From the NCBI RefSeq assembly GCF_001194135.2, contig NC_068994.1, positions 39,350,200 to 39,414,199 of the forward strand: a DNA stretch of 64,000 bases, read 5' to 3'. Shown one piece after another: positions 25,450 through 38,394 of this stretch. Origin of the DNA: Octopus bimaculoides. Lineage: Eukaryota. The notes under the pieces were generated by a model. That model was not told the origin of the DNA, ran no database searches, and saw nothing but the letters and a program-made list of their open reading frames with translations. Made by a program: the position numbers and the translations under genes. The number at the start of each line of letters is the position of its first letter. The first letter of the stretch is position 1.

Positions 25450-26420
25450 TCTTCCAATCACCACCATTGTCGATGTCACATGACTATTTCTCTTAGTGAC
25501 ATCCAGCACCATCTACTCATTTTTTGATGTGCATTTTTGCTGGGTAGCTAATGTAATTATGATCATTCGATCATTTTGCAATGCCCAAAGTACAGTGTTA
25601 TACATCATCTTGTTATCTCCGTAGTAGTGTCCTGCAAAGTGAACTCTTCTTTCTCTAATAGCATCTGATAGGTTAAGAAATTTACTATATAATATTTCTA
25701 TAATGAGGCGTTCTTCCCATGACATATTTAAAATAGTACAAACCATGCACATGCTGAAGCCATCCTGTACAGTTTTAAATCTTTTGCTTGGTGTCCAGGT
25801 GGAAGAAACATAAAGTAACAAAGATGCAATAAGTGCATTGAAGAGGATATTTTTTTTAATTCTCTGGGAGCTTAAATTTCCCTGTTATACCAAAATTCGA
25901 AGTGCTGCCCAGGTTTTGTTAATATGTAGCTTAACATCTGCCTCTGTAGAAAATATGCTGCTCATGAGGTACATGAAATGTTTTACTGATTTTATCAAGA
26001 CTTCAGATAATGACAATGACTTCTTCCAAGTTGTAGGAAAAGATTTTCATTTTACTAGTATTTATATAGAGGCTGATTATTCCAGTGACATCTGATGTGC
26101 TGTAAATTTAGGCAGTGGTTTCAGGCATCAAATTTGTTATTACAAAAGGCTGTATATTAAACTTTTTTATTTTGTGAGGGCAAATTCATGTTCTAGGTTG
26201 TGAGGTGGATGAATCAAAAAGATTCAAGGGTATCGACATGCAAAATACCAGCAAGAATGTCAAAATGTTCTTTGTCTCTTTTTCAGTGGAATGTACCTTA
26301 GCTTGAATGTTTTACTGCATCTATTTACTTGAAAAATTCCATAAGTAGGAAGATTTAGAGAAATCCATGAATAACAGAATAGTAGGGAGATTTCTTCATC
26401 AAACACCATACATAATTCGT
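25450..26420 (-). mobile_element. Old RTE/RTE-X-like RT fragment (different family)
   Basis: FDILAGILHVDTL (cf. AGVLQGDTL), FMYLMSSI..INKTWAAL, LLYVSSTW..LNMSWEE..IRERRVHFAGH. Many disruptions. Confidence 0.8.
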
Positions 26421-27089
26421 CTGTCTTAATATTTGCCAATAAGTGTGAGATGAAGCAATTCATGAAGCTGTAGTTGATGCCATTGTATAAATATTAAGTT
26501 ACATAGATATGAATATACATATGTACATATGAACATACATACATACATAAAAACATTACATACACATACATATAAATACACACACTATATATATGATGCA
26601 GCATGGAATTTTGTCAGTGAGCAGGTCACAGTTTCAAAACGGCTAAAATATTTTAACAAATTAAATTTAAATGTTGAAGTGAATCTAACAGTTTTTATGT
26701 GTTTTTAAATATGGCTTATAAACACCTTCCATGCTGCAATTGTTTTTGTTTCAGCATACGGTCTCAAATCAGGTTACTTGCTATGCAAGTACATCTCCGT
26801 AATATATGTATGTGTGTGTGTGTGTGCACTTTTCTATTTATTTTTCTTGAGCATGAGGATTCACAAAGCTGGTTACCCAGATTCAGTAGCATATAAGTGA
26901 CTGAGATCACAACATTCCCTTGATCAAAATGTTGGTCTGTTGCTGGGTTCGAAGCAAGCAATTCTGAGGGAAAGTGGCAAGTCAATTACATTGAACCCAG
27001 TATTTGAATGATACTTGAATTTTACTGACTCCAAAGGAATGAATGGTGAACTTGACCATAGCAAGATTTTATTAAAGAATGTAAAAAAA

Positions 27090-27400
27090 ACAGGTGTGTG
27101 GCTTAGTGGTTAATGTGTTGAACTCACGATCATAAAATTGCAGTTTCGATTCCTGGACCAGGCAATGCACTGTGTTCTTGAGCAAAACACTTCGCTTCAT
27201 GCTGCTCCAGTTTGCTCAGCTGTAGAAATGAGTACCAATAGTGGAGTCATGTTGCATAGTGGTTAGGATGTTGGACTTATGACTAAGATTGTGGTTTCAA
27301 ACCCTGGACCAGGTAATCCCTTGTGTTTTTGAGCAAAGCACTTCATTTCATGTTGCTCCACTCCACTCAGCTGCAGAAAAGAGTTTAGCCCGGATAGGGA
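27090..27400 (+). mobile_element. Two tandem tRNA-derived SINE heads with V-domain-like core
   Basis: gtggcttagtggtt..gtttcgattcc and gttgcatagtggtt..gtttcaaaccc, each followed by tgtgtt.ttgagcaaa.cactt...tgctcca. A related copy lies at ~55490-55640. Confidence 0.7.
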
Positions 27401-27574
27401 TGGACTCCACCAGGCTTTATTGCCTTAGATATGCTGCTTGGCAGCAGTGCCCCAATGACCCTCAAGGGGTTAAGGGATTCGTCAAAATAAAAACAAAAAC
27501 ATGATTAATGTTTAATATGTAATTTCCAATGCTTGCATGTGTCAGATGTAATTTGTTGAGGCTGAATTTTTTTC

Positions 27575-29170
27575 CAGCCAGATCGAAAAGGAGGCTTTAT
27601 CATTAATCTTCACAGTAAAGAAATTCTATAAATTCCTACCTGGTAGGAAGTTTACACTGCAAACTGATCACCGACCATTACTGTCTATTTTCAGTTTGGA
27701 AAAAAGTATCCCCATGCACTCAGCAAACTACTTTCAGCACTATGGACTACCCTGTTGAACTATGATTTTCAGATGGAGTTTTTGCCATCAAAGAAAATGG
27801 GACACACAGATGGGTTGTCTAGGCTAATTCCAAATTATAAGGAACCTTTTGAAGACACGGTGATTGCATTGTTAAAACTAGAAATGGAACTGAAGAACAT
27901 TTTGTGCAATGTAGTATGTGATTTGCTGGTAATGCTGGAAGAAATTGAATTGTAATTGGAGAAGGATATATTCATAATCAAGATAAAAAAAATTATTGTG
28001 GGGGGAAAGTAACACGAAAAATAATATAAATGAGCAGAACGCAGGTTCAAAGCATCATTCAGTATGTGAAGATGTAGTATTATATGCACAAAGCGTGGTA
28101 ATACCTGAAGCACTGCAAAACAGAATATTGAAAGATTTCCATGTAGGACATCCAGGGATTTCCTGGATGAAAAGCCTCATGAGGAGTTACATGTATTGGC
28201 CAAATATGGACAAGCAAATTGAGAGACTGGTAAAACAATGCAGGAGATGCGCTATGGCAGCAAATGCACCCCCAGTGCAGATACAGCCATGAGCAAAAAT
28301 GGATTCAGCATGGTCTAGACTGCATGTGGATTTCGCAGGACTAATAAAGGGCTCTTATTATATCATCGTGGTGGATAGCTATTTGAAATGGCCTGAAGTG
28401 TGTAAATGTTCAAGGCCAACCACAAATGTGACTATTGAATTCTTGGAAGAATTGTTCACCTGTTATAGAGTGCCAGGTAGTATCGTGTCAGGTAATGGCA
28501 CACAATTCATGGCGAAGGTGTTTGAAAGATTCTGTAAGTCGGTCCAGATGAAGCATGGGTTAACTCCGCCATACCATCCAAGGTCAAATGGGTTAGCGGA
28601 AAGGGTGACCAACACATTCAAGAGAACCTTAAGAAAGACCAGACGGGAAGCCCTTGAAGATAGAAATATGACACAGTTCTTCCAGGTGTACAGAATAACA
28701 CCGAATCCAAATGTAGAGTTGGGTAGATCACCCGCAGATTTGTTGTTCTCCAGAAAGATTCGTTCTGTGTTTAACAAATTGTTGCTGAGTAGGAAATGGA
28801 AAATACAAAATTCGGAAAGTAGAACGAAATTTTTTAACACAGGTGACGAAGTGTATTTTAAAATATATAAAAACAGAAAATAGGACTGGGAACAAGATAA
28901 TATAACTGGACGTCTGGGTAAAGTGATGTACATGGTAAAAGGACCAAAATATGAACATAAAAGGAATTTTAACCAATTATAGAAAAGATATACCAAAAAT
29001 CAAGAACGGCGAGAGGAGCCAATTGATATATGGTATGACATGTTTGAGGTCCCAGAACCACAAATGAAAGCAGAACCAACACGTAGATCGAACAGGAAAA
29101 GAAAACCTACAGAAATTAATGCGAAGAGAAAGAGAGATCCCAGTTTCTCACCAAGGGAATACAATTGATA
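27575..29170 (+). mobile_element. Ty3/Gypsy pol remnant (RNase H-like, integrase zinc finger, integrase core)
   Basis: [22 protein letters not shown]; HVGHPG..MKSL.RSY.YWPNMDKQIE..VKQCRRC; RLHVDFAG..VVDSY.KWPE; GNGTQF; PPYHPRSNGLAER. In-frame stops and frameshifts. Confidence 0.95.
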
Positions 29171-29227
29171 AAAATAAAGAATAAATATATAAAAAAAAAT
29201 AAGTAAGCCAACCTCAAAAGGGGGAGG

Positions 29228-29433
29228 TGCTGTGTAGAAGTACAACACCCCTATTGGTTGGCTCCTAATGGAGTGTGCCACAATATGAATGGACATATGC
29301 AGAGAGCCTTCAGAGCAGAGTAAAGCCTAGAGTTGCGTATTATCAAGGGTTATTACCAGTATCTTGAGTAGAACGATTTGCAAGGACATTATTATTATTC
29401 TGTTATATTGTATGTCAAACGTGTAATACAACA
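29228..29433 (+). mobile_element. 3' LTR of the Gypsy element (~206 bp) preceded by a polypurine tract
   Basis: PPT aaaagggggagg (29216-29227), then TGctgtg...tacaaCA with imperfect terminal inverted ends. Confidence 0.75.
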
Positions 29434-29449
29434 TATATATATATGTGCA

Positions 29450-29850
29450 TGTGTGTGTGTGTTTGTGGATGTATAAGAAACTTGATTCCCAACCACATGG
29501 TTCTGGGTTCAGTCCCACAGTGTGACACGTTGGGAAACTGTCTTCTACTATAGCCTCAGCCCAACCAAAGCCTTGTGAGTGGATTTGCTAGAGAGAAACT
29601 GAAAGAAGCCTATCGTACATATATATGTATATATTTATGTGCGTGTGTCTGTGTTTGTCCCTCCTTATTGCATGACAACCTATGTTGGTGTGTTTACATC
29701 CATGTAACTTAGTGGTTCAACAAAATAGATTGATAGAATAAGTACTAAGCTTACGAAGTAGATGTTTTGGGATCAAGTTCTTCAACTAAATGTGGTGCTT
29801 CAGCATAGCCATAGTCAAATGACTGAAACAAGTTAACAAATAAAAGAATA
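29450..29850 (+). mobile_element. Family B SINE
   Basis: ttcccaaccacatggttctgggttcagtcccac...ctactatagcctc...gactgaaacaag. Confidence 0.85.
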
Positions 29851-30050
29851 TATACAGATACATATATGTGAGTGCGTATGTGTGTGCATGTGTGTGTCTG
29901 TGTGTATGCATACAAATGATTTTCTTTCAGTTTCCATCAACTAAACGTACTCACAACACTTTTGTCTGAGGCTACTACAGAGCAAAACTGAACCCAAAAT
30001 TCTACACTTGTAACATGAACTTCTTAATACCACAAGCATGCATACTCCTC

Positions 30051-30082
<32 letters not shown>

Positions 30083-31187
30083 AGTATATGTATGCATGCA
30101 AGTGTGTGTATCTTTATCTAAATATATAAGCATGTAAATCAATATTTTATATATAAATACATATATATANNNNNNNNNNNNNNNNNNNNNNNNNNNNNNN
30201 NNNNNNNNNNNNNNNNNNNNNNNNNNNNNNNNNNNNNNNNNNNNNNNNNNNNNNNNNNNNNNNNNNNNNNNNNNNNNNNNNNNNNNNNNNNNNNNNNNNN
30301 NNNNNNNNNNNNNNNNNNNNNNNNNNNNNNNNNNNNNNNNNNNNNNNNNNNNNNNNNNNNNNNNNNNNNNNNNNNNNNNNNNNNNNNNNNNNNNNNNNNN
30401 NNNNNNNNNNNNNNNNNNNNNNNNNNNNNNNNNNNNNNNNNNNNNNNNNNNNNNNNNNNNNNNNNNNNNNNNNNNNNNNNNNNNNNNNNNNNNNNNNNNN
30501 NNNNNNNNNNNNNNNNNNNNNNNNNNNNNNNNNNNNNNNNNNNNNNNNNNNNNNNNNNNNNNNNNNNNNNNNNNNNNNNNNNNNNNNNNNNNNNNNNNNN
30601 NNNNNNNNNNNNNNNNNNNNNNNNNNNNNNNNNNNNNNNNNNNNNNNNNNNNNNNNNNNNNNNNNNNNNNNNNNNNNNNNNNNNNNNNNNNNNNNNNNNN
30701 NNNNNNNNNNNNNNNNNNNNNNNNNNNNNNNNNNNNNNNNNNNNNNNNNNNNNNNNNNNNNNNNNNNNNNNNNNNNNNNNNNNNNNNNNNNNNNNNNNNN
30801 NNNNNNNNNNNNNNNNNNNNNNNNNNNNNNNNNNNNNNNNNNNNNNNNNNNNNNNNNNNNNNNNNNNNNNNNNNNNNNNNNNNNNNNNNNNNNNNNNNNN
30901 NNNNNNNNNNNNNNNNNNNNNNNNNNNNNNNNNNNNNNNNNNNNNNNNNNNNNNNNNNNNNNNNNNNNNNNNNNNNNNNNNNNNNNNNATATTAGATAGG
31001 TAGATATATAAAATACAAAATGGGACAAGAATGCAAAACATCCAGACAGTTAGGTGATACAAAAAAGGACAACAAAACATCCAGATATATATATATATAT
31101 ATACATACACACATACATACATACATGCATACACACCTACATACATACACACATACATGTATGTGTGTATGTATATAAACATGTATA

Positions 31188-31455
31188 CAGGGTGCGAGGG
31201 GTAAATTGTCACCATTTTATACTTTTAATTTCACCCATGCACATTGTTTGTTTTTGATTTTGCCAACTACACAGTATAGGAGGGGCATTCATGCTGGAAG
31301 CTCCAATACAAACATTTCAGAGTGTTTGGGTGTCAGTCTGAGGACAGTGCAATGTACCAAGAGTGATAAACATCAAACATCCAGTCAACTTCATGGTGTT
31401 TGGAGAGATCACCAGTGATGGTGATGTTATGCCTCCATTCATCTTCTCCTCAGAT
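31188..31455 (+). mobile_element. Tc1/mariner-superfamily transposon remnant, internally deleted
   Basis: TA|cagggtgcgaggggtaaattgtcacc left end, HTH-like IHAGSSNTNISECLGVSLRTVQ, then MVFGEITSDGDVMPPFIF. The right end is missing. Confidence 0.7.
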
Positions 31456-31456
31456 T

Positions 31457-31623
31457 AATAATAATAACAACAACAACAACAACATCAGAAAAATACTTTA
31501 GGAAGGAGAACCCAGGTTCGAAATTCCCCCAGGACACCTGATGAAGGCTGAAGAGTACATCAGCCGAAATGTGTTAACAACAAACAAGATGAGGACAAAT
31601 ATCCGTCAAATGTAAATAATGAA
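31457..31623 (+). mobile_element. Tail of the 4912-5107 family with degenerate type I hammerhead motif (31533-31575)
   Basis: gacac-CTGATGA-a-ggctga/agagtaca/tcagcc-GAAA-t-gtgtt. Stems I and II are visible; stem III and the NUH triplet are not intact. Confidence 0.65.
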
Positions 31624-32754
31624 AATGATCCCTTAAATGTTTTACAAATTTTCACTGTTCCTCTCATCAAATAACATGGAATCAGTCTGCTCCATCCTTT
31701 CCTATTAGTTTTGGAGAATCCAAGTATTTTCTGGATCTGTTGTTTATTATAATCACTGTATAAAGTACAACAGAAAGTGTAGGCATCTGAAACAAAACAT
31801 TAAATTTAACACTGCCCATCAAATTTTAGTTGTATTGGCCATAAACATTCAATGTTGTTTATTGAAAACTATCTTATTATCTGATTGACTTGAGGCTAAT
31901 CAAAAACAACGATGATACCAACATGAACAACAATAAAATCACTGAAAAAGTACAAAATTAAAAAGACACACAAACTTATCAACAAACAACCTGAATGAGA
32001 AATTCTATTTCAAAATCTTGAATCTTGAATACTAAAGTATATGAATAACAGCAATAGCTGTTGCACATGCTTACATTCTAAAGCTTTAAAACTGTGTCAC
32101 ACTAACAGAAGTGTGTCACACTTCTAATAATATTACTGTCCACTGCTATTTGTGTACTTACCACCAGTCACCAAATTTACTCATTTGTATGTTTTTATGA
32201 ACCAACAAACAAAATCTCTGCATGGCAGTACTAATTGCAACAACTAGAATCATGTATAAATATTTCCTGACAAATAATAGCTACATCATCCAAGTTCTAA
32301 TATTAAGTCACTCAAGACTTTCTGTCACAAATTAGTGATTATAATATTTTATAGCAATCTATAGTGATTTCTTTTCTAGAAGGGTACTTGTATATATTTT
32401 TCAATATGTAATCTTTATATGTTGTGGCCCACTGTTCATAAATAAATTAGTATTATAGGTCCTAGTACATAACTTTACCCAGGGAGCTATAATACCCTTG
32501 TTGCACATTTCTCAACCTTCAATTGGTACTTTTAATAATATGTATAATTTACATAAAATTTGAAATGTTAATTGTAAATATAATTAAGGTTCTTTGTAAT
32601 ATGATAAATAATGCTGGAAATATATTCTTTACATTGTGACTAATATCAGGTAATGTTACATAAACAGAATAAATATAATATTACTTTTTTGAAATTTCAT
32701 GTGTTTATATCTAATTATGAAATGGATACTACTGTTCAAAATGATAAATAAATT

Positions 32755-33085
32755 ATTTTCAGGCATGGCTAAGTGTTTAAGAAGCTTACTTTGCAGCCAC
32801 ATGGCTTCAGATTTAATCCCTCTGCATGGCACCTTGGGCAAGCATCTTCTATTATTGACCTGGGTCAATCAATGCCATGTAAGTGAATTTCATTGACAGA
32901 AACTCACAACTTGTGTTGGTTTGTTTGTGGTCCAAGTAACTTAGCAGTTCAGCAAAGTGGCCACTTGAATAAGTAACAAAGTTTAAAAGAAAAATGGATT
33001 AAGGTCAATTTATTTGACTAAAGCCTTTGAAGGCAGTATCCCAGCATGGCTGCAGTCCAATGACTGAAACAAGTAAAAGATAAGA
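32755..33085 (+). mobile_element. Family B SINE, decayed
   Basis: Head, ggcaccttgggcaagc core and gtccaatgactgaaacaagtaaaaga tail. Confidence 0.75.
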
Positions 33086-35346
33086 GATTAAAATGATATT
33101 AAAGCAATTCTTTTCATTTCCACATTTGCAATAAATATATATTAAGTATAACAATAGTGTTTAAATACCAATTAATTACAGATGTAACTCTCTCTGCAAT
33201 TACTTCCAGTAGCATAAGTATATTTCCAACATTACTTATCATTTGATAAGTAATCCTATAATTAATACAAGTAACCAAGGGAGATAAATCCAGTAAGATC
33301 AGAGTTATTTCCCTTGAGAGAGAAACCAATAGAGAGAGATGGATACACACTGCCAATTATATTAAAAGAAAAGTATAATTCATATTATGGAAGTCATTAA
33401 TCATTGCCAATCATTCTCTCCAGCCACCTGAATATAAACAATAGTTATTTTCCATAAAAACCAAAAGCAAATAAAAACAGTATAATTCATAGTGAAAAAC
33501 AATACAAAAACCGTACAAATTAACACAAGATTACAGTTGTAAATAACAAGGTTTAAACAGATGTCATCATAATTCGTCTCCTACAATAAAAATGTTGTAT
33601 ATTCCTTCATTGGCAGTGCATGTGCCAGCTAATTAAATAGAACATTTAATGAATAAATGCAATAAATAATGCAGCATTTTAATATTACAGTCGTAGATAG
33701 ATATAAGAGAAGGCAAATAATTGAGAAATCATACCAATGCAAACGAGACACTCAACATTTAACAAACAAATCATATATAATGAAGTGAACTTAATTGAAC
33801 TGCATTGCATTAAACGCCAGTTAGAGAGCTGGAATACATCATTTATGATAGTTGAACATGACATAAATATTAATATCATACACACACAATCTATATGATG
33901 ATAACAGCAAGTCAACAAACAGTATTTCCACTGAGTAAACAACAAAAATGTATATACATGTATATATGTATATTCTCAAAAGAGAAAAATAATTCAGGAT
34001 AAGATGGAAGATCCACTATAAAGTAATAAACCAATATGAAGGTCAGACTAGACATCTAAAACATCACATTACTAGTAAGTCTTGTGATAGGAACAATCAG
34101 TAAACAAAGAACAATCAACATGACATAAACATTGAGAAATGGTGTGGCATGGATTGCTTTATTTCAATTAAAAATATTCATAAATTTCTCTTAAAGTAGA
34201 GTGGATGTCAACGAAAGAACCAGCAAAATAAATTTAATCTCTTCAAAATTAGCAACCAATATAAAAAAAAAAAATCCATAACATCGTAGTAGAAACTTCA
34301 CATAAGGATAATTTTATTTGAAACTATATTCATGTTCATGTTGACATATAAGATGTGAATGTACTTCAGTAAATACATATATACATAAAGACATACATAC
34401 ATATATATACATACGTTCTCTTCTATTTATATATGTATGAATGTATGCATGTATGTATATATATGTATGTATATATGTATATGTATATATGTATATACAT
34501 ATATATATGTGAATATGTGTAAATGTGTGTGCATATGTATGTGAATGTGTATGTGTGTATTGATATATATATATATATATANNNNNNNNNNNNNNNNNNN
34601 NNNNNNNNNNNNNNNNNNNNNNNNNNNNNNNNNNNNNNNNNNNNNNNNNNNNNNNNNNNNNNNNNNNNNNNNNNNNNNNNNNNNNNNNNNNNNNNNNNNN
34701 NNNNNNNNNNNNNNNNNNNNNNNNNNNNNNNNNNNNNNNNNNNNNNNNNNNNNNNNNNNNNNNNNNNNNNNNNNNNNNNNNNNNNNNNNNNNNNNNNNNN
34801 NNNNNNNNNNNNNNNNNNNNNNNNNNNNNNNNNNNNNNNNNNNNNNNNNNNNNNNNNNNNNNNNNNNNNNNNNNNNNNNNNNNNNNNNNNNNNNNNNNNN
34901 NNNNNNNNNNNNNNNNNNNNNNNNNNNNNNNNNNNNNNNNNNNNNNNNNNNNNNNNNNNNNNNNNNNNNNNNNNNNNNNNNNNNNNNNNNNNNNNNNNNN
35001 NNNNNNNNNNNNNNNNNNNNNNNNNNNNNNNNNNNNNNNNNNNNNNNNNNNNNNNNNNNNNNNNNNNNNNNNNNNNNNNNNNNNNNNTATATATATATAT
35101 ATATATATATGCATATACATATATATATGTGTGTGTATGTGCTTGTGCATATATATTTGAGTCCATGCTTATGCAGCTAAGCACTCTACAGGTGACAAAC
35201 CAATGGATATTCTCTGACTGGCCATAAAAGAGAACCTTCTAAATATATTTACACACAGACATGCATACATACACACATTCACAATATTCACCTTTACCCC
35301 ATCATTAACTATCTGTTGTTCTCCTCTCACACTCTCATGTACTTAC

Positions 35347-35386
35347 CAACCCACTCAGAGAGTTGTGGGTGTTGATTTTATGGCAC
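35347..35386 (-). CDS. Candidate 40-nt coding exon (xCHKINTHNSLSGL)
   Basis: Acceptor gttattctcctaatgcag|, consensus donor TTG|gtaagt. The single open frame starts in phase 2, matching the end phase of 36381-36549. Confidence 0.5.
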
Positions 35387-35634
35387 CTGCATTAGGAGAA
35401 TAACTTATAGCTCAGATTAGTAAAAAGCACTCCTAAGACTAAAAGAAGAGAACTTAAATAATGATTGAAGAAACAGATTTGGTGTTGTGAGAAAATGAAA
35501 GTAGAGTGAGTAACAGAGAGAATATTGTTAGTGACAAATAATGGAGATCAATTCACCCCCTAGCTATGCTATTGTGCAATGTTTGAGAAGAGTTGGACAA
35601 AGGTGGGTTAAAGTTTTCCAATTTAGTTGAAATA

Positions 35635-35808
35635 GGTACAGGCATGGCTGTGTGGTAAGAAGCTTGCTTCCCAACCACAAGATTCTGGGTTCAGTCCCAC
35701 TGTGTGGCACCTTTAGCAAGTGTCTACTACTATAGCCTCAGACTGAGCAAAGCCTTGTGAGTAGATTTGGTAGACAGAAACTGAAAGAAGTTTGTCATAT
35801 ATATGTGT

Positions 35809-35858
<50 letters not shown>

Positions 35859-36045
35859 GATGGGGAGGGGTATCTTTCCCCCATGACATGTCCCTGTAAC
35901 TTAGCAGTTTGGCAAAAGAAACTGATAGAATAAGTGCCAGGCCTAACAAAAAAGTAAGTGGTGTAGTTAATTCAATCAACTAAAAAATTGTTCAATGTGG
36001 TGCCCCAGCATGGCCACAGTCTAATGACTGAAACAAGTTAAATAT
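35635..36045 (+). mobile_element. Family B SINE, near full length
   Basis: ggcatggctgtgtggtaagaagcttgcttcccaaccac head, internal (TA)n, intact tail. Confidence 0.9.
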
Positions 36046-36380
36046 GAAAGATTATTCTCCTAATTATCACATGCTTAACTTTTAATAATGAGAAATAAAT
36101 GAAAGTTGTAATTTCTTCAAATTCATAATTAACTAAAATTATTAATTAGAATATAAGTATATAAGATGTGTATTGAATAACATACTATACCTTTTAATCT
36201 TTTACCTTTTACTTGTTCTTATCATTGAACTGTGACTATGCAGAGGCACAACCTTGAAGGTTTGTTTTACAAACTAATCGACCCCAGTACATTTTTTTAA
36301 TTCTGATGTTTATTGTATTTGTCTCTCTATTGCTGAACTGCTAAGTCCATGCATTTCATATGTGAGCCAGTGTGGCTCAC

Positions 36381-36549
36381 TCTGAGCACTGTAATTTTAA
36401 CACTGTGAATGTATCAGCTGCTTCGAACACTTGACGAAGAGTACACTCAGAGGAAATGTGCAGGCTGAAATGACCAGGAGGCGGACATGCTATGGCAATG
36501 CAGATGCTGCCTGATGACATCTGCCTGAATGTAAATAAACCAACACTGG
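36381..36549 (-). CDS. Best candidate host coding exon (SVGLFTFRQMSSGSICIAIACPPPGHFSLHISSECTLRQVFEAADTFTVLKLQCS)
   Basis: Long pyrimidine tract gtttctcacctttccttcatttgacag| (alternative acceptor at 36525), donor AGA|gtgagc, stop-free, non-repetitive and GC-richer than the flanks. The pattern I.I..P..G.F.L.I loosely resembles KY/hillarin Ig-like repeats (inference). Confidence 0.55.
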
Positions 36550-37078
36550 CTGTCAAATGAAGGAAAGGTGAGAAACATGAACACAATGGTATTTTATGAA
36601 ACCAGTCTAAATTCATGATTATTTTAGAATATACATGTACACATGCATATATACAATGAGCTTTCACACAGTTTCTATCTACCATATTCACTCACAAGGC
36701 ACTGGTCAGCCTGGGGCTATAGTAGAAGACATTTTTCCATGGTGCCATGCAGTGGGACTGAACGTGAAATGGTGTGGTTGCAAAGGGAGCCTTATCTTCT
36801 CAGCTGTGTCTGTGCCTACATGTAGATTGTAACAATATAGATTATTACAAATTCATATTTTCAAAATGTAGTTTACTTTTTATGTAACTTTAAAGATGGC
36901 ACTTACACCAGTGGGAATCTAAAACCATGCATGCATACATACATACATATATACACACATACAGAACAACCGATGCATATGAAATCAAACACACACACAA
37001 CTACACACACACACATGTACACATACTCTCACACACAAAGGAACACATATGCAGACACACATAATCACACAAACATAT

Positions 37079-37117
<39 letters not shown>

Positions 37118-37733
37118 CATAAGCACATAATCACTCAAAAACACGTATAGACATACACACATGCACATATGCAAGTCAATGATGAAGCCTGTACATATTC
37201 ACTTGACTAGCTAGAAACAACAACCGAATTACACCTGTGACAGAGTGAGTAATAAAACAACACAGAAAAGGAACACTCTGAAATCAAATGTCTACTGACT
37301 TGTAGGTATCATTTTATTGACGAAGTCTATAGAAAGAGCTTTCTGGTATAAAACCTAAGGTTGAAATACTTACTGGTCAAGTTGTTTGTGACAAGATATT
37401 TGACAAGAGTCACTTAGAGGTGTGGGATATGTATTGTACAAGCATATATGACATTTATCCAATGAGGTACAATTTGCTCAGCATTTCATCTTATTCTGTT
37501 TTCTCTTTAGATTGATTGAATGAAAATAATAAAACTACTACAAACTTAAGTGCAGGTCTCAATATATAAAATCGTAGAGTTTAGAATTTTGGTATTTATG
37601 TCTTCATTTTAGCTGTAAGTTATATTTACTTGAGCATTTATGTGTTTATACATGCATTCATACACATACAACACACATATATACACAAATGAATATATGC
37701 AAATACATATACATATATGCATACATACATACT

Positions 37734-37767
<34 letters not shown>

Positions 37768-37802
37768 NNNNNNNNNNGTATGTATGTATGCATGTATGTG
37801 CG

Positions 37803-37874
<72 letters not shown>

Positions 37875-38394
37875 AGCATGCATATGTGTGTGTATGTGCA
37901 TACCTGCATACCTTAGAATGTTTAAATATAAATGTAAAAGAAATATAACTAAATCTTGTTTGTTAATTAACTGATGTTCTGTAAAGAAGGATAAAAACAA
38001 TTTTACGAAGCCCAAATTTTAATTTGACATGGAATGAAATAATAAAAGATAACGAAATTTAGAAATGGAATAAATAATGTTGTTATTCAGTCAATATAAA
38101 GAAATCATCTTATAAAGGGATCAATTTTCTCTTATATTGTTAAAGCAAAGTATCTGCATGTTTTTGCAGATATTCATTATGCCTATTGTGATTGGCTTTA
38201 TTAACAAGTTGTCATAAACAATGTCACAATATCTAGTCATGCTATATCAGGCTTCAGTATTCAGTCATTAGAGTGCATTTCATATTTAGTGAAGATGATA
38301 AATTTGCTGAACCTATAGACTTGTACTCAGTGTTCAAATCCTAACATTGCCTTTTTCAAACATGGTGTATTATTGATTAAGAATAGCATTATTT

